64,000 nucleotides of DNA, taken from the NCBI RefSeq assembly GCF_041886205.1, contig NZ_CP169029.1. The stretch is one strand, 5' to 3'. The notes under the pieces were generated by a model. The model was not told the origin of the DNA. It saw only the letters and a list, made by a program, of their open reading frames with translations, and made no database searches. This stretch comes from Escherichia coli (GTDB lineage: Bacteria; Pseudomonadota; Gammaproteobacteria; Enterobacterales; Enterobacteriaceae). Positions 53,871 to 64,000 of this stretch are shown one piece after another. Numbering within the stretch: the first letter of the stretch is position 1; each line of letters begins with the position of its first letter. The position numbers and the translations under genes were made by a program.

Positions 53871-54056
53871 CGCACATTGATATCTGTCTGAGCCCCGCTC
53901 TGCGGGGATTTTTTCGCTAAAAGCAAGGTGATTCAGATGAGAAATCTGTGATCTATTTGGCAAAATTATGCTTTATTGTTTACCCTTGTCAGACTGCCCG
54001 TCATAAGGCGGCGGAGTGTATTTCTCCATTTTGAGTCAGTTGAAAAGGAATATTGA

Positions 54057-54917
<861 letters not shown>

Positions 54918-55055
54918 TCAACGCTGAGGCCAGATAATACTCTCTGGCCTCTCTCTTATTAGTTATTCTGATTGCCAATTAATATTATCAATTTCCGCTA
55001 ATAACAATCCCGCGATATAGTCTCTGCATCAGATACTTAATTCGGAATATCCAAC

Positions 55056-55691
55056 GTGTTTTCTTATTACTTTCAAGGTCTTGCTCTTGGGGCAGCTATG
55101 ATTCTGCCGCTCGGCCCACAAAATGCTTTTGTGATGAATCAGGGCATTCGTCGTCAGTACCACATTATGATTGCCTTACTTTGCGCTATCAGCGATTTGG
55201 TCCTGATTTGCGCGGGGATTTTTGGTGGTAGCGCGTTATTGATGCAGTCGCCGTGGTTGCTGGCGCTGGTCACCTGGGGCGGCGTAGTCTTCTTGCTGTG
55301 GTATGGTTTTGGCGCTTTTAAAACAGCGATGAGTAGTAATATTGAGTTAGCTAGTGCCGAAGTCCTGAAGCAAGGCAGATGGAAAATTATCGCCACCATG
55401 TTGGCAGTGACCTGGCTGAATCCGCATGTTTACCTGGATACTTTTGTTGTACTGGGCAGCCTTGGCGGGCAGCTTGACGTCGAACCAAAACGTTGGTTTG
55501 CGCTCGGGACAATTAGCGCTTCTTTCCTGTGGTTCTTTGGTCTGGCTATTCTCGCAGCCTGGCTGGCACCGCGCCTGCGCACGGCAAAATCACAGCGCAT
55601 TATCAATCTGGTAGTGGGATGTGTCATGTGGTTTATAGCCTTGCAGCTGGCGAGAGACGGTATTGCTCATGCACAAGCCTTGTTCAGTTAG
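55056..55691 (+). CDS. argO: Arginine exporter ArgO (LysE family)
   Basis: GTG start; [35 protein letters not shown]..., 211 aa. Confidence 0.93.
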   Translation: MFSYYFQGLALGAAMILPLGPQNAFVMNQGIRRQYHIMIALLCAISDLVLICAGIFGGSALLMQSPWLLALVTWGGVVFLLWYGFGAFKTAMSSNIELASAEVLKQGRWKIIATMLAVTWLNPHVYLDTFVVLGSLGGQLDVEPKRWFALGTISASFLWFFGLAILAAWLAPRLRTAKSQRIINLVVGCVMWFIALQLARDGIAHAQALFS

Positions 55692-55783
55692 GCGCTATCT
55701 GATGGAAAAATAAAACAGAGGCGCTAAGCTTGCCTCCAGAGGTCCTGAATTTTGGGCAAGTCAATTAACACGGAGAGACTAAC

Positions 55784-56524
55784 GTGAAGTTCAAAGTTAT
55801 CGCCCTGGCGGCATTAATGGGTATTAGCGGGATGGCAGCGCAGGCTAACGAATTGCCGGATGGACCGCATATTGTCACCTCCGGTACGGCAAGTGTGGAT
55901 GCGGTGCCAGACATTGCCACTCTTGCGATTGAAGTTAACGTGGCCGCGAAGGATGCCGCTACAGCCAAGAAACAGGCAGATGAGCGCGTCGCACAATACA
56001 TTTCCTTCCTTGAACTCAATCAGATCGCGAAAAAAGATATCAGCTCAGCGAATTTACGCACCCAGCCAGATTATGATTATCAGGATGGTAAAAGTATCCT
56101 GAAAGGCTACCGCGCTGTGAGAACGGTGGAAGTCACGCTCCGTCAGTTAGACAAACTGAATTCCTTGCTGGATGGCGCGCTGAAGGCGGGTCTTAACGAA
56201 ATTCGTTCAGTGTCGCTGGGCGTGGCGCAGCCGGATGCCTATAAAGACAAAGCGCGTAAGGCAGCGATTGATAACGCGATTCATCAGGCGCAGGAACTGG
56301 CGAACGGCTTTCATCGTAAACTGGGGCCGGTATATAGCGTGCGCTACCATGTTTCCAACTATCAGCCCAGCCCAATGGTGCGGATGATGAAAGCCGATGC
56401 CGCGCCGGTGTCTGCCCAGGAAACTTACGAGCAGGCCGCTATTCAGTTTGATGATCAGGTCGATGTGGTCTTCCAGTTAGAACCTGTGGATCAACAACCC
56501 GCTAAAACACCTGCAGCACAATAA
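55784..56524 (+). CDS. yggE: Periplasmic oxidative-stress defense protein YggE (DUF541)
   Basis: GTG start; MKFKVIALAALMGISGMAAQANELPDGPHIVTSGTAS..., 246 aa. Confidence 0.92.
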   Translation: MKFKVIALAALMGISGMAAQANELPDGPHIVTSGTASVDAVPDIATLAIEVNVAAKDAATAKKQADERVAQYISFLELNQIAKKDISSANLRTQPDYDYQDGKSILKGYRAVRTVEVTLRQLDKLNSLLDGALKAGLNEIRSVSLGVAQPDAYKDKARKAAIDNAIHQAQELANGFHRKLGPVYSVRYHVSNYQPSPMVRMMKADAAPVSAQETYEQAAIQFDDQVDVVFQLEPVDQQPAKTPAAQ

Positions 56525-56690
56525 TACTTGTAGCCCGACGTATTCGTCGGGCTAATGCCTTTACCCGATATTGCCTCCTTTTTCTGTAATTTTCTGTAAA
56601 ACCATGACGTAATCACCTATCTTTGCTCGCGGTTTCATCAAGGATAGGCTGACTGAAACGGTTAAGCGGACAAGGATGCGGGGAGGGGGG

Positions 56691-57587
56691 ATGGACATTT
56701 TTATTTCGAAAAAGATGCGCAATTTCATTTTATTAGCGCAAACCAATAATATTGCCCGGGCGGCAGAAAAAATCCATATGACGGCTTCGCCATTTGGTAA
56801 AAGCATTGCCGCGCTGGAAGAACAAATTGGCTATACGCTATTTACCCGCAAAGATAATAATATCAGCCTCAATAAAGCCGGTCAGGAACTGTATCAAAAA
56901 CTGTTCCCGGTTTATCAACGACTTTCTGCGATTGATAATGAAATCCATAACTCAGGGCGTCGTTCACGAGAAATTGTGATTGGCATAGATAATACTTATC
57001 CGACAATTATTTTCGATCAGTTGATTAGTCTCGGAGATAAGTATGAAGGCGTGACCGCCCAGCCAGTTGAGTTCAGCGAAAACGGCGTTATCGATAATCT
57101 TTTTGACCGTCAGTTAGATTTTATTATCTCCCCACAGCATGTATCTGCACGAGTTCAGGAACTGGAAAACCTGACTATCAGTGAATTACCACCGCTGCGA
57201 TTGGGCTTTCTCGTTTCTCGCCGTTATGAAGAGCGTCAAGAGCAAGAGCTGCTTCAGGAGCTGCCCTGGCTACAAATGCGCTTTCAAAACCGGGCTAACT
57301 TCGAAGCAATGATTGATGCGAATATGCGACCTTGTGGGATCAATCCAACCATTATTTATCGTCCCTACAGTTTTATGGCCAAAATCAGCGCCGTGGAGCG
57401 CGGACATTTTCTGACGGTGATCCCGCATTTTGCCTGGCGACTGGTGAATCCGGCAACGCTGAAATATTTTGATGCACCGCACAGGCCGATGTATATGCAG
57501 GAATATCTTTATTCAATCAGAAATCATCGTTATACCGCCACGATGCTTCAGCATATTGCTGAAGATCGTGACGGGACAAACCATTAA
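56691..57587 (+). CDS. ygfI: LysR-family transcriptional regulator YgfI
   Basis: MDIFISKKMRNFILLAQTNNIARAAEKIHMTASPFGKSIAALEEQIGYTLFTR (HTH), 298 aa; G-rich RBS upstream. Confidence 0.88.
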   Translation: MDIFISKKMRNFILLAQTNNIARAAEKIHMTASPFGKSIAALEEQIGYTLFTRKDNNISLNKAGQELYQKLFPVYQRLSAIDNEIHNSGRRSREIVIGIDNTYPTIIFDQLISLGDKYEGVTAQPVEFSENGVIDNLFDRQLDFIISPQHVSARVQELENLTISELPPLRLGFLVSRRYEERQEQELLQELPWLQMRFQNRANFEAMIDANMRPCGINPTIIYRPYSFMAKISAVERGHFLTVIPHFAWRLVNPATLKYFDAPHRPMYMQEYLYSIRNHRYTATMLQHIAEDRDGTNH

Positions 57588-59062
57588 CCCAGCATCGAGC
57601 CGGTTGCAATTAAATTACGGTGTAAGTCGAAGACGTGGCTAAGATCGTGGTGAATATGTCCGCCGGGCGCATTTTCCAGATAGCGATGCAGATAATCCCG
57701 ATACATAGGATGTGCACAATTATCAATGATAGTGCGGGCGCGTTGAAGCGGGGAAAGACCGCGCAGATCGGCGATCCCTTGTTCGGTGATGATCACTTTG
57801 ACGCTGTGTTCGCTGTGATCAACATGGCTGCACATTGGCACGACGGTTGAGATCTTGCCTTCTTTAGCAATCGACGGAGCCATAAAGATCGACAGATACG
57901 CGTTGCGTTCAAAATCACCGCTGCCGCCGATGCCGTTCATCAGATCGACCCCGGCTACGTGCGTTGAGTTGGCATGCCCGTAAATATCAAACTCCAGGCC
58001 GACGTTCAGAGCGATGACGCCCAGACGACGGATGATTTCCGGGTTATTGGAAATCTCCTGCGGACGCAACACAATGCGGCTGGCAAAGTAATCCATATTG
58101 TCGTAAATCTTGCGCAGGGAATCGGCCGAGATTGTCAGGCTGGAGGCGCTGGCCCCGCTGATTTTGCCGGTTTCCAGTAAATGCACCACCGATTCCTGTA
58201 GCACTTCCGAATACATCATAAAAGGAGGAATTTCCGGATTTTCCCCCAGACGCGCCATTACCGCATTATTGATGTTGCCCACGCCACTTTGCAGCGGCAG
58301 AAATTCCGGCGGAATACGCCCATGCGCCATTTCCTGCAACAAGAACGTGACCACGTTATCGGCAATCTGCTGGCACATGGGATTTTGCTTATCCAGCGTA
58401 TTACCGGCATCGGGCAAGTTGGTTTCCACGACGGCGACAATCTTTTTCGGATCGATTTGCACATAGCGGGTACCGACGCGATCCATTGCATGGAAGATCG
58501 ACACGCTATTGCGCCGCGGTGGCGCGCCAGGAATCACAATATCCGCCAGTTCTGCAACGCGCGGATCGTGATAGTGATTGAGTTCAATGATCACTTTCTT
58601 CGCTCGCAGCAGCCAGGTCGGCGCATTACCGATCCCGCTGGTTAACCAGACTCGACCATCCGGTGCCAGTGCCGATGCTTCAATGACGGCAACATCAATG
58701 TCGCCGAAGAAACCGTAATTGACCATTTGCGCCACTTCGCTCAAATGCAGGTCAACGAAACTCACCGCGCCCTGATTGATCTTTTTACGTAAACCGGACG
58801 ATGTTTGATATGGTGCACGCCAGGAAACAGCATCGGCGTCAGAAAGTACATCGTCAGCGGCGGCGCTGATTGACGCACCCGTCAGCAGGCGAATTTGATA
58901 CGGCTTTTTGGCCTCATGCTGTTCGTTAGCTCTGCGGGCAATCGCGGTGGGTAGGGCTTTCGGCGAACCCGCCGGGGTAAAGCCGCTAAATGCCACCATG
59001 TCGTTATGCTGGATAATTTCTGCCGCTTCATCGGCGGTCATCCTTGTCCACTGAGTTTCCAT
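57584..59062 (-). CDS. scpC: Propionyl-CoA:succinate CoA transferase
   Basis: METQWTRMTADEAAEIIQHNDMVAFSGFTPAGSPKALPTAIA..., 492 aa. Confidence 0.93.
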   Translation of the reverse strand: METQWTRMTADEAAEIIQHNDMVAFSGFTPAGSPKALPTAIARRANEQHEAKKPYQIRLLTGASISAAADDVLSDADAVSWRAPYQTSSGLRKKINQGAVSFVDLHLSEVAQMVNYGFFGDIDVAVIEASALAPDGRVWLTSGIGNAPTWLLRAKKVIIELNHYHDPRVAELADIVIPGAPPRRNSVSIFHAMDRVGTRYVQIDPKKIVAVVETNLPDAGNTLDKQNPMCQQIADNVVTFLLQEMAHGRIPPEFLPLQSGVGNINNAVMARLGENPEIPPFMMYSEVLQESVVHLLETGKISGASASSLTISADSLRKIYDNMDYFASRIVLRPQEISNNPEIIRRLGVIALNVGLEFDIYGHANSTHVAGVDLMNGIGGSGDFERNAYLSIFMAPSIAKEGKISTVVPMCSHVDHSEHSVKVIITEQGIADLRGLSPLQRARTIIDNCAHPMYRDYLHRYLENAPGGHIHHDLSHVFDLHRNLIATGSMLG

Positions 59063-59085
59063 TTTTACTCCTTCGTTCGCAGGGA

Positions 59086-59871
59086 TTAATGACCAACGAA
59101 ATTAGGTTTACGTTTTTCGAGGAAAGCGTTCATTCCTTCCTGGTAATCTTCGCTGTCATAAACCGCGCGGCGCATCCCCTGAATACGTTCAAATTCATCG
59201 GAGTTCATGGTGTGCGCTTCGCCCAGTACACGCAGCTCTTCTTTGATAACAGCAATGGCTAACGGCGCTTTCTCAGAGATGTGGTGCGCCATTTGTAAGG
59301 TGAAATCTTCCAGTTCCTCCACTTCCACAACATGGTTGAGGATGCCGACAGCCAACGCGCGCTGGGCGGTGATTGGCGAAGCGGTAAAAATCAGTTCTTT
59401 AACAATGTGGAAGCCCGCGTCGCGGGTCAGGTTGTGAATACCGACCAGGTTATACGGGACGCCGAGGTTTACAGGCGTCATTGAGAAGGTTGAGGTATTG
59501 GCGGCGATGATCAGATCGGAACTCATGATCATTTCAAATGCGCCACCCCAAACACTACCTTCCACCATCGAAATGATCGGTTTCGGGAATTTTTGGATCA
59601 TGCGGGTGATTTGACGCAACGGATCATCATAGGAGAGCGGATCGCGACCGCCAGACGGCAGTTCGTGAATATCGTGGCCTGCGGAGAAGACTTTGGATCC
59701 ACTCGGCGCGCGCAAAATGATACAGCGAATTTCGGGCCGGTTGAGATCGCTTAATGCCTGCATAAGATCATCAATAAAGACTTTACTTAAGGCATTAAGT
59801 TTGCGGCCATAGTTAAACTCAATGACCGCCACTTTGTTGATAGTGACAACGTTAACATACTGATAAGACAT
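59086..59871 (-). CDS. scpB: Methylmalonyl-CoA decarboxylase (crotonase fold)
   Basis: MSYQYVNVVTINKVAVIEFNYGRKLNALSKVFIDDLMQAL..., 261 aa. Confidence 0.93.
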   Translation of the reverse strand: MSYQYVNVVTINKVAVIEFNYGRKLNALSKVFIDDLMQALSDLNRPEIRCIILRAPSGSKVFSAGHDIHELPSGGRDPLSYDDPLRQITRMIQKFPKPIISMVEGSVWGGAFEMIMSSDLIIAANTSTFSMTPVNLGVPYNLVGIHNLTRDAGFHIVKELIFTASPITAQRALAVGILNHVVEVEELEDFTLQMAHHISEKAPLAIAVIKEELRVLGEAHTMNSDEFERIQGMRRAVYDSEDYQEGMNAFLEKRKPNFVGH

Positions 59872-59881
59872 AAAAATTCCT

Positions 59882-60877
59882 TTAATCAAAATATTGCGTC
59901 TGGATAAATTCACTGAGCTGCCGCAGGCCGGTGCGCGGTGAGAGCGTATTGTTTTTGACCGCTAAAAGCGTCTGGCGGTAATAGCGATCGAAATCTTCAT
60001 TCGCGAACAGGTGATTCAGTACTTCTTCTTCGGTCTGCTTACGCAGCCATTCCACCGATTGTTGTTGCCGCACTTGTTGTAAACGACCACTGGCAGTTAG
60101 CGCGGTTTTGAAGTCGATGATGGCGTGCCAGATCTCATCGATTCCACGTTTTTCCAGTGCGCTACAAGTCAGAACCCGTGGCTGCCATTCGTCGTATTTA
60201 CGTCGCAGAATATGCAGGGCACTCTCGTACATATGCCGGGCAATGGCGACATTGGTATGGTTATCGCCATCGTCTTTGTTGATAACGAGCAGATCAGCCA
60301 CTTCCATCAGCCCTTTTTTAATGCCCTGCAGATCATCGCCGCCACCGGCAATTTGCAACGAGATAAAACAGTCCACCATGCGGGCGACTTCCGTTTCCGA
60401 CTGCCCGACGCCAACCGTTTCGACAATCACTACGTCATAACCCGCCGCTTCGCATAACAGCATTAATTCCCGCGCTCGCTGACTGGCACCGCCCAGATGA
60501 CCGGAGGATGGTACCGGGCGAATAAACGCCGCTTCGGCACGCGCCAGGTCATTCATGCGGGTTTTATCCCCGAGAATGCTACCGCCAGTGACCGGGCTGC
60601 TGGGATCGACCGCAATAACCGCGACCTTTAATCCCTCACGAATCAACAACATGCCAAAGGCTTCAAGAAAGGTACTTTTCCCCGCGCCGGGTGTGCCGGT
60701 AACGCCCAGTCGCAGGGCGTTACCGCAGTACGGCATAATGGCATCAAGCAGTTGCGTACTTAGCGCCTGATGACGCGGGTGACGGCTTTCCACCAGCGTC
60801 ATGGCCTGGGCGAGTGTGGCACGCTCACCCTGACGTAAGCGGCGAATACTTTCTGCCAGCGTGGCTTCATTAATCAT
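59882..60877 (-). CDS. argK: Methylmalonyl-CoA mutase-associated GTPase (MeaB/ArgK)
   Basis: P-loop [13 protein letters not shown]; [31 protein letters not shown]..., 331 aa. Confidence 0.93.
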   Translation of the reverse strand: MINEATLAESIRRLRQGERATLAQAMTLVESRHPRHQALSTQLLDAIMPYCGNALRLGVTGTPGAGKSTFLEAFGMLLIREGLKVAVIAVDPSSPVTGGSILGDKTRMNDLARAEAAFIRPVPSSGHLGGASQRARELMLLCEAAGYDVVIVETVGVGQSETEVARMVDCFISLQIAGGGDDLQGIKKGLMEVADLLVINKDDGDNHTNVAIARHMYESALHILRRKYDEWQPRVLTCSALEKRGIDEIWHAIIDFKTALTASGRLQQVRQQQSVEWLRKQTEEEVLNHLFANEDFDRYYRQTLLAVKNNTLSPRTGLRQLSEFIQTQYFD

Positions 60878-63014
60878 GATGCTGGCTTATCAGATTCAGT
60901 ACGTCGCGCACACTGTCGAGCATAGGTGTACCTGGACCATAAATCGCCGCCACGCCGCGCTCTTGCAGGAAGGCGTAATCCTGCGGTGGAATGACGCCAC
61001 CGGCGACTACGCAGATATCTTCGCGTCCCCATTTTTTCAGCGCTTCGACCAGTTCCGGGATCAGCGTTTTATGACCGGCAGCCAGTGAGGATGCGCCCAC
61101 TACGTGAACGTCGTTTTCTACGGCCAGGCGGGCGATCTCTTCAGGTGTAGAGAACATCGGGCTTAAATCTACGTCGAAACCGAGATCGGAATAGGCGCTG
61201 GCGATCACTTTTGCGCCGCGATCGTGCCCATCCTGGCCCATTTTAGCGATCAGAATGCGCGGGCGACGACCATTGTCGGCAAGGAACTGCTCCGTTTGCG
61301 CAACAATGGCATCGAACTCGGAGGCCGATTTCTCAGATTGATGATAGCTTTGCGCAATCACGCCGGTAACACACTGGCTTGGCACCAGATAACGGTCGAA
61401 AGCGGCTTCCAGCGCATCGGAAATTTCACCCAGGGTGGCGCGAACGCGAGCGGCATTAACAGCGGCAGCCAGCAGGTTTTCGTTATGCTGTGCGGCGTGA
61501 GTCAGGGCGTTCAACGCGGCGGTTACGGCGGCATCATCACGGGTGGCGCGAATGCGTTCCAGCGAAGCAATTTGCTCGTTACGCACCATCACGTTGTCGA
61601 TCTCAAGTACATCGGTTTCGTCTTCGTGATCCAGTTTGTACTTGTTGACACCAACGATGACACGTTTGCCCTGGTCGATAAGCGACTGTTCGCGCGCTGA
61701 GGCCTCTTCGATCATTCGTTTTGGCAGACCTGCTTCGATCGCTTTCGCCATGCCACCGGCTTCGTCGATCTGTTGGATAATGGCTCTGGCTTGTTTGACG
61801 ATTTGATCGGTCAGCGACTCAACGTAATAGGATCCGGCCAGCGGATCGACGGTGCGGCAGAGTTCTGATTCTTCCTGGATGATGATCTGGGTGTTGCGGG
61901 CAATGCGTGCGGAGAAATCGGTAGGCAAACCAAGCGCTTCGTCAAAGGCGTTGGTATGCAGTGACTGAGTACCGCCCAGCGTCGCAGCCAGTGCTTCAAT
62001 GGTGGTGCGGATAACGTTGTTATACGGATCCTGTTCAGTCAGGCTCCAGCCTGAGGTCTGGCAGTGGGTACGCAGCGCCAGTGATTTCGGGTCCTGTGCG
62101 CCAAATCCACTGACCGCTTCGCTCCATAAATAACGTGCCGCACGCAACATGGCGACGTTCATAAACAGATCCATGCCGATGCCGAAGAAGAACGACAGGC
62201 GAGGAGCGAAGTCATCAATTTTCAGCCCGGCGGAGATTGCTGCTTTGATGTACTCAATCCCATCGGCGAGCGTAAATGCTACCTGCTGCACGCAGTTGGC
62301 ACCCGCTTCACCCATGTGGTAACCGCTGATACTGATGGTATTAAATCGCGGCATGTTGCCAGAACACCAGGCGATGATGTCGGCGATAATGCGCATTGAC
62401 GGTTTTGGCGGGTAAATATAGGTGTTGCGGCAAAGATACTCTTTGAGGATATCGTTTTGAATGGTGCCGGTCAGTTTATCAGGTGTAACACCTTGCTCTT
62501 CTGCGGCGACGATATAAAACGCCAGTACTGGTAGCACTGCGCCATTCATGGTCATCGAAACCGACATTTTTTCCAGCGGGATCTGGTCGAACAGGACTTT
62601 CATATCTTCCACGGTGTCGATAGCGACGCCCGCTTTGCCGACGTCGCCCGCCACGCGCGGGTTATCGGAGTCGTAGCCTCGGTGGGTGGCAAGGTCAAAC
62701 GCAACGGAAAGACCTTTTTGCCCGGCGGCCAGGTTACGGCGATAAAAAGCGTTGGACTCTTTTGCTGTTGAAAAACCAGCATACTGACGGATGGTCCACG
62801 GTTGGGCGGTATACATAGTGGCACGCGGGCCACGAACGTAGGGCGGCAAACCAGGAAGGGTACCTGTCACCTCCAGATTATCGAGATCGGCTTCGGTATA
62901 CAGCGGCTTGATGGCGATCCCTTCCGCGGTTTGCTGAACCAGCGAGTCGACAGTTTTCTCCCGACGGCTCAATTCCTTGTTGGCAAGCTGTTGCCACTCC
63001 TGCACGTTAGACAT
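60870..63014 (-). CDS. scpA: Methylmalonyl-CoA mutase (Sbm/ScpA)
   Basis: [48 protein letters not shown]..., 714 aa; C-terminal B12-binding region. Confidence 0.95.
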   Translation of the reverse strand: MSNVQEWQQLANKELSRREKTVDSLVQQTAEGIAIKPLYTEADLDNLEVTGTLPGLPPYVRGPRATMYTAQPWTIRQYAGFSTAKESNAFYRRNLAAGQKGLSVAFDLATHRGYDSDNPRVAGDVGKAGVAIDTVEDMKVLFDQIPLEKMSVSMTMNGAVLPVLAFYIVAAEEQGVTPDKLTGTIQNDILKEYLCRNTYIYPPKPSMRIIADIIAWCSGNMPRFNTISISGYHMGEAGANCVQQVAFTLADGIEYIKAAISAGLKIDDFAPRLSFFFGIGMDLFMNVAMLRAARYLWSEAVSGFGAQDPKSLALRTHCQTSGWSLTEQDPYNNVIRTTIEALAATLGGTQSLHTNAFDEALGLPTDFSARIARNTQIIIQEESELCRTVDPLAGSYYVESLTDQIVKQARAIIQQIDEAGGMAKAIEAGLPKRMIEEASAREQSLIDQGKRVIVGVNKYKLDHEDETDVLEIDNVMVRNEQIASLERIRATRDDAAVTAALNALTHAAQHNENLLAAAVNAARVRATLGEISDALEAAFDRYLVPSQCVTGVIAQSYHQSEKSASEFDAIVAQTEQFLADNGRRPRILIAKMGQDGHDRGAKVIASAYSDLGFDVDLSPMFSTPEEIARLAVENDVHVVGASSLAAGHKTLIPELVEALKKWGREDICVVAGGVIPPQDYAFLQERGVAAIYGPGTPMLDSVRDVLNLISQHHD

Positions 63015-63217
63015 TATTTGCTCCGTAAAACGCAATCAAAATGAGGGTATTTGCGCCTACGGTGAGCTTTTTACGTGGGTTTGTCGCCAGCAAAAAAAAT
63101 GCATTCAGACGTCGTTTTTTGCCGCCTGAGATTTGTCTATTTTGTGATGTGATTCAAGGAATACAAAAAGAAGTGAGGGAAATGCCTGATATGTGCTATC
63201 AGGCATTATTTGATGGA

Positions 63218-64000
63218 TTAATCCTGACGAAGGACTTTGTGACCATAATCGAGTAACGCATCAGTGACTTTACGCATCATGCGGCTTTCAGGAGCAAAGC
63301 GGTGCCAGTAGAGCATCCGTCGTTGAAATAGCCCAGGCGTTAAGTCAATCAGTTCACCGCTGGCCAGCTCTTTCTCGATTTGCAGGTGCGGGATCATACA
63401 GCAGGTGGTGCCCTGGCGAGCAAGTTGTACGAACGCTTCTGAAGAATTAACGATATGGCAGGGTACGCTGCCTGGAGGCAGATCGAAGTTTTGCTGCAAA
63501 AAGGCCTGGTGCATATCGTCAAGATGGTCAAACGCGACCACTGGCGCTTTCAGTAATGCCGAACGCGTTACGCCGTTAGGGAAATATTTTTCGGCAAAGG
63601 GTTTTGAGCTGACGAACAGATAGTCGAGCGCACCGAGCTTATCGACAAGACAACTCGGCAGCGCCTGATGTTGAATACTCACCGCGCCGACCACTTCGCC
63701 GCGGCGCAGACGTTCCTGAGTGCGGGTTTCATCTTCTACCTGCAAGTTGAGGCGGATAGGCGAATCAGCCAACACAGGAGCCAGTGCCGGAAGCAACCAC
63801 GTCGCCAGACTGTCGGCGTTGACCGCCAGTGAAAGCAGCAGCGGAGTCGAACCGGTTTGTTCATCGCCCAGCCACTCTTCTTCCAGCAACTCCACCTGGC
63901 GCAGCAGTGCCAGCAGTTTTTGCCCTTGTTCCGTCGGGCGCGGCGGTACGGTACGCACCAACAGCGGCTGCCCGAACATATTTTCCAGTTGCTTAATGCG
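63218..64000 (-). CDS. argP: LysR-family regulator ArgP (IciA), C-terminal part; 5' end lies beyond the window
   Basis: ...[70 protein letters not shown]...KVLRQD* matches the ArgP C-terminus; reading frame stays open to the window edge. Confidence 0.9.

Overview
This 64 kb window is Escherichia coli chromosome, covering the conserved speC-to-argP core segment in reverse orientation relative to the K-12 map, with an accessory genomic island of at least 12.5 kb at its left end. Gene identities below are recognised from memory of E. coli protein sequences; no database search or computation was run. The island (1..~12400) abuts the 3' end of tRNA-Phe (pheV, 12524..12599, minus strand), an island-integration hotspot, and begins with an intact P4-type integrase. 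Its cargo includes a 1171-aa SF1 helicase fused to a C-terminal PLD (HKD) nuclease domain, which is the best candidate for a single-gene antiphage defense system (type II Mokosh-like architecture). At the far left, a 5'-truncated SF1 helicase is translationally coupled to a 515-aa protein with no recognisable motifs, a second candidate system that runs off the window. Between them lie an outer-membrane beta-barrel gene, a phosphoethanolamine-transferase-like gene, a decayed IS629-like element, an IS66 transposase fragment, a possible group II intron fragment and a second integrase remnant, suggesting two islands stacked in tandem. From 12.7 kb onward the window is ordinary core (yqgA through argP) with REP/BIME repeats and terminators; the one departure from K-12 is a ~1 kb insertion carrying a lipoprotein gene between speA and speB.
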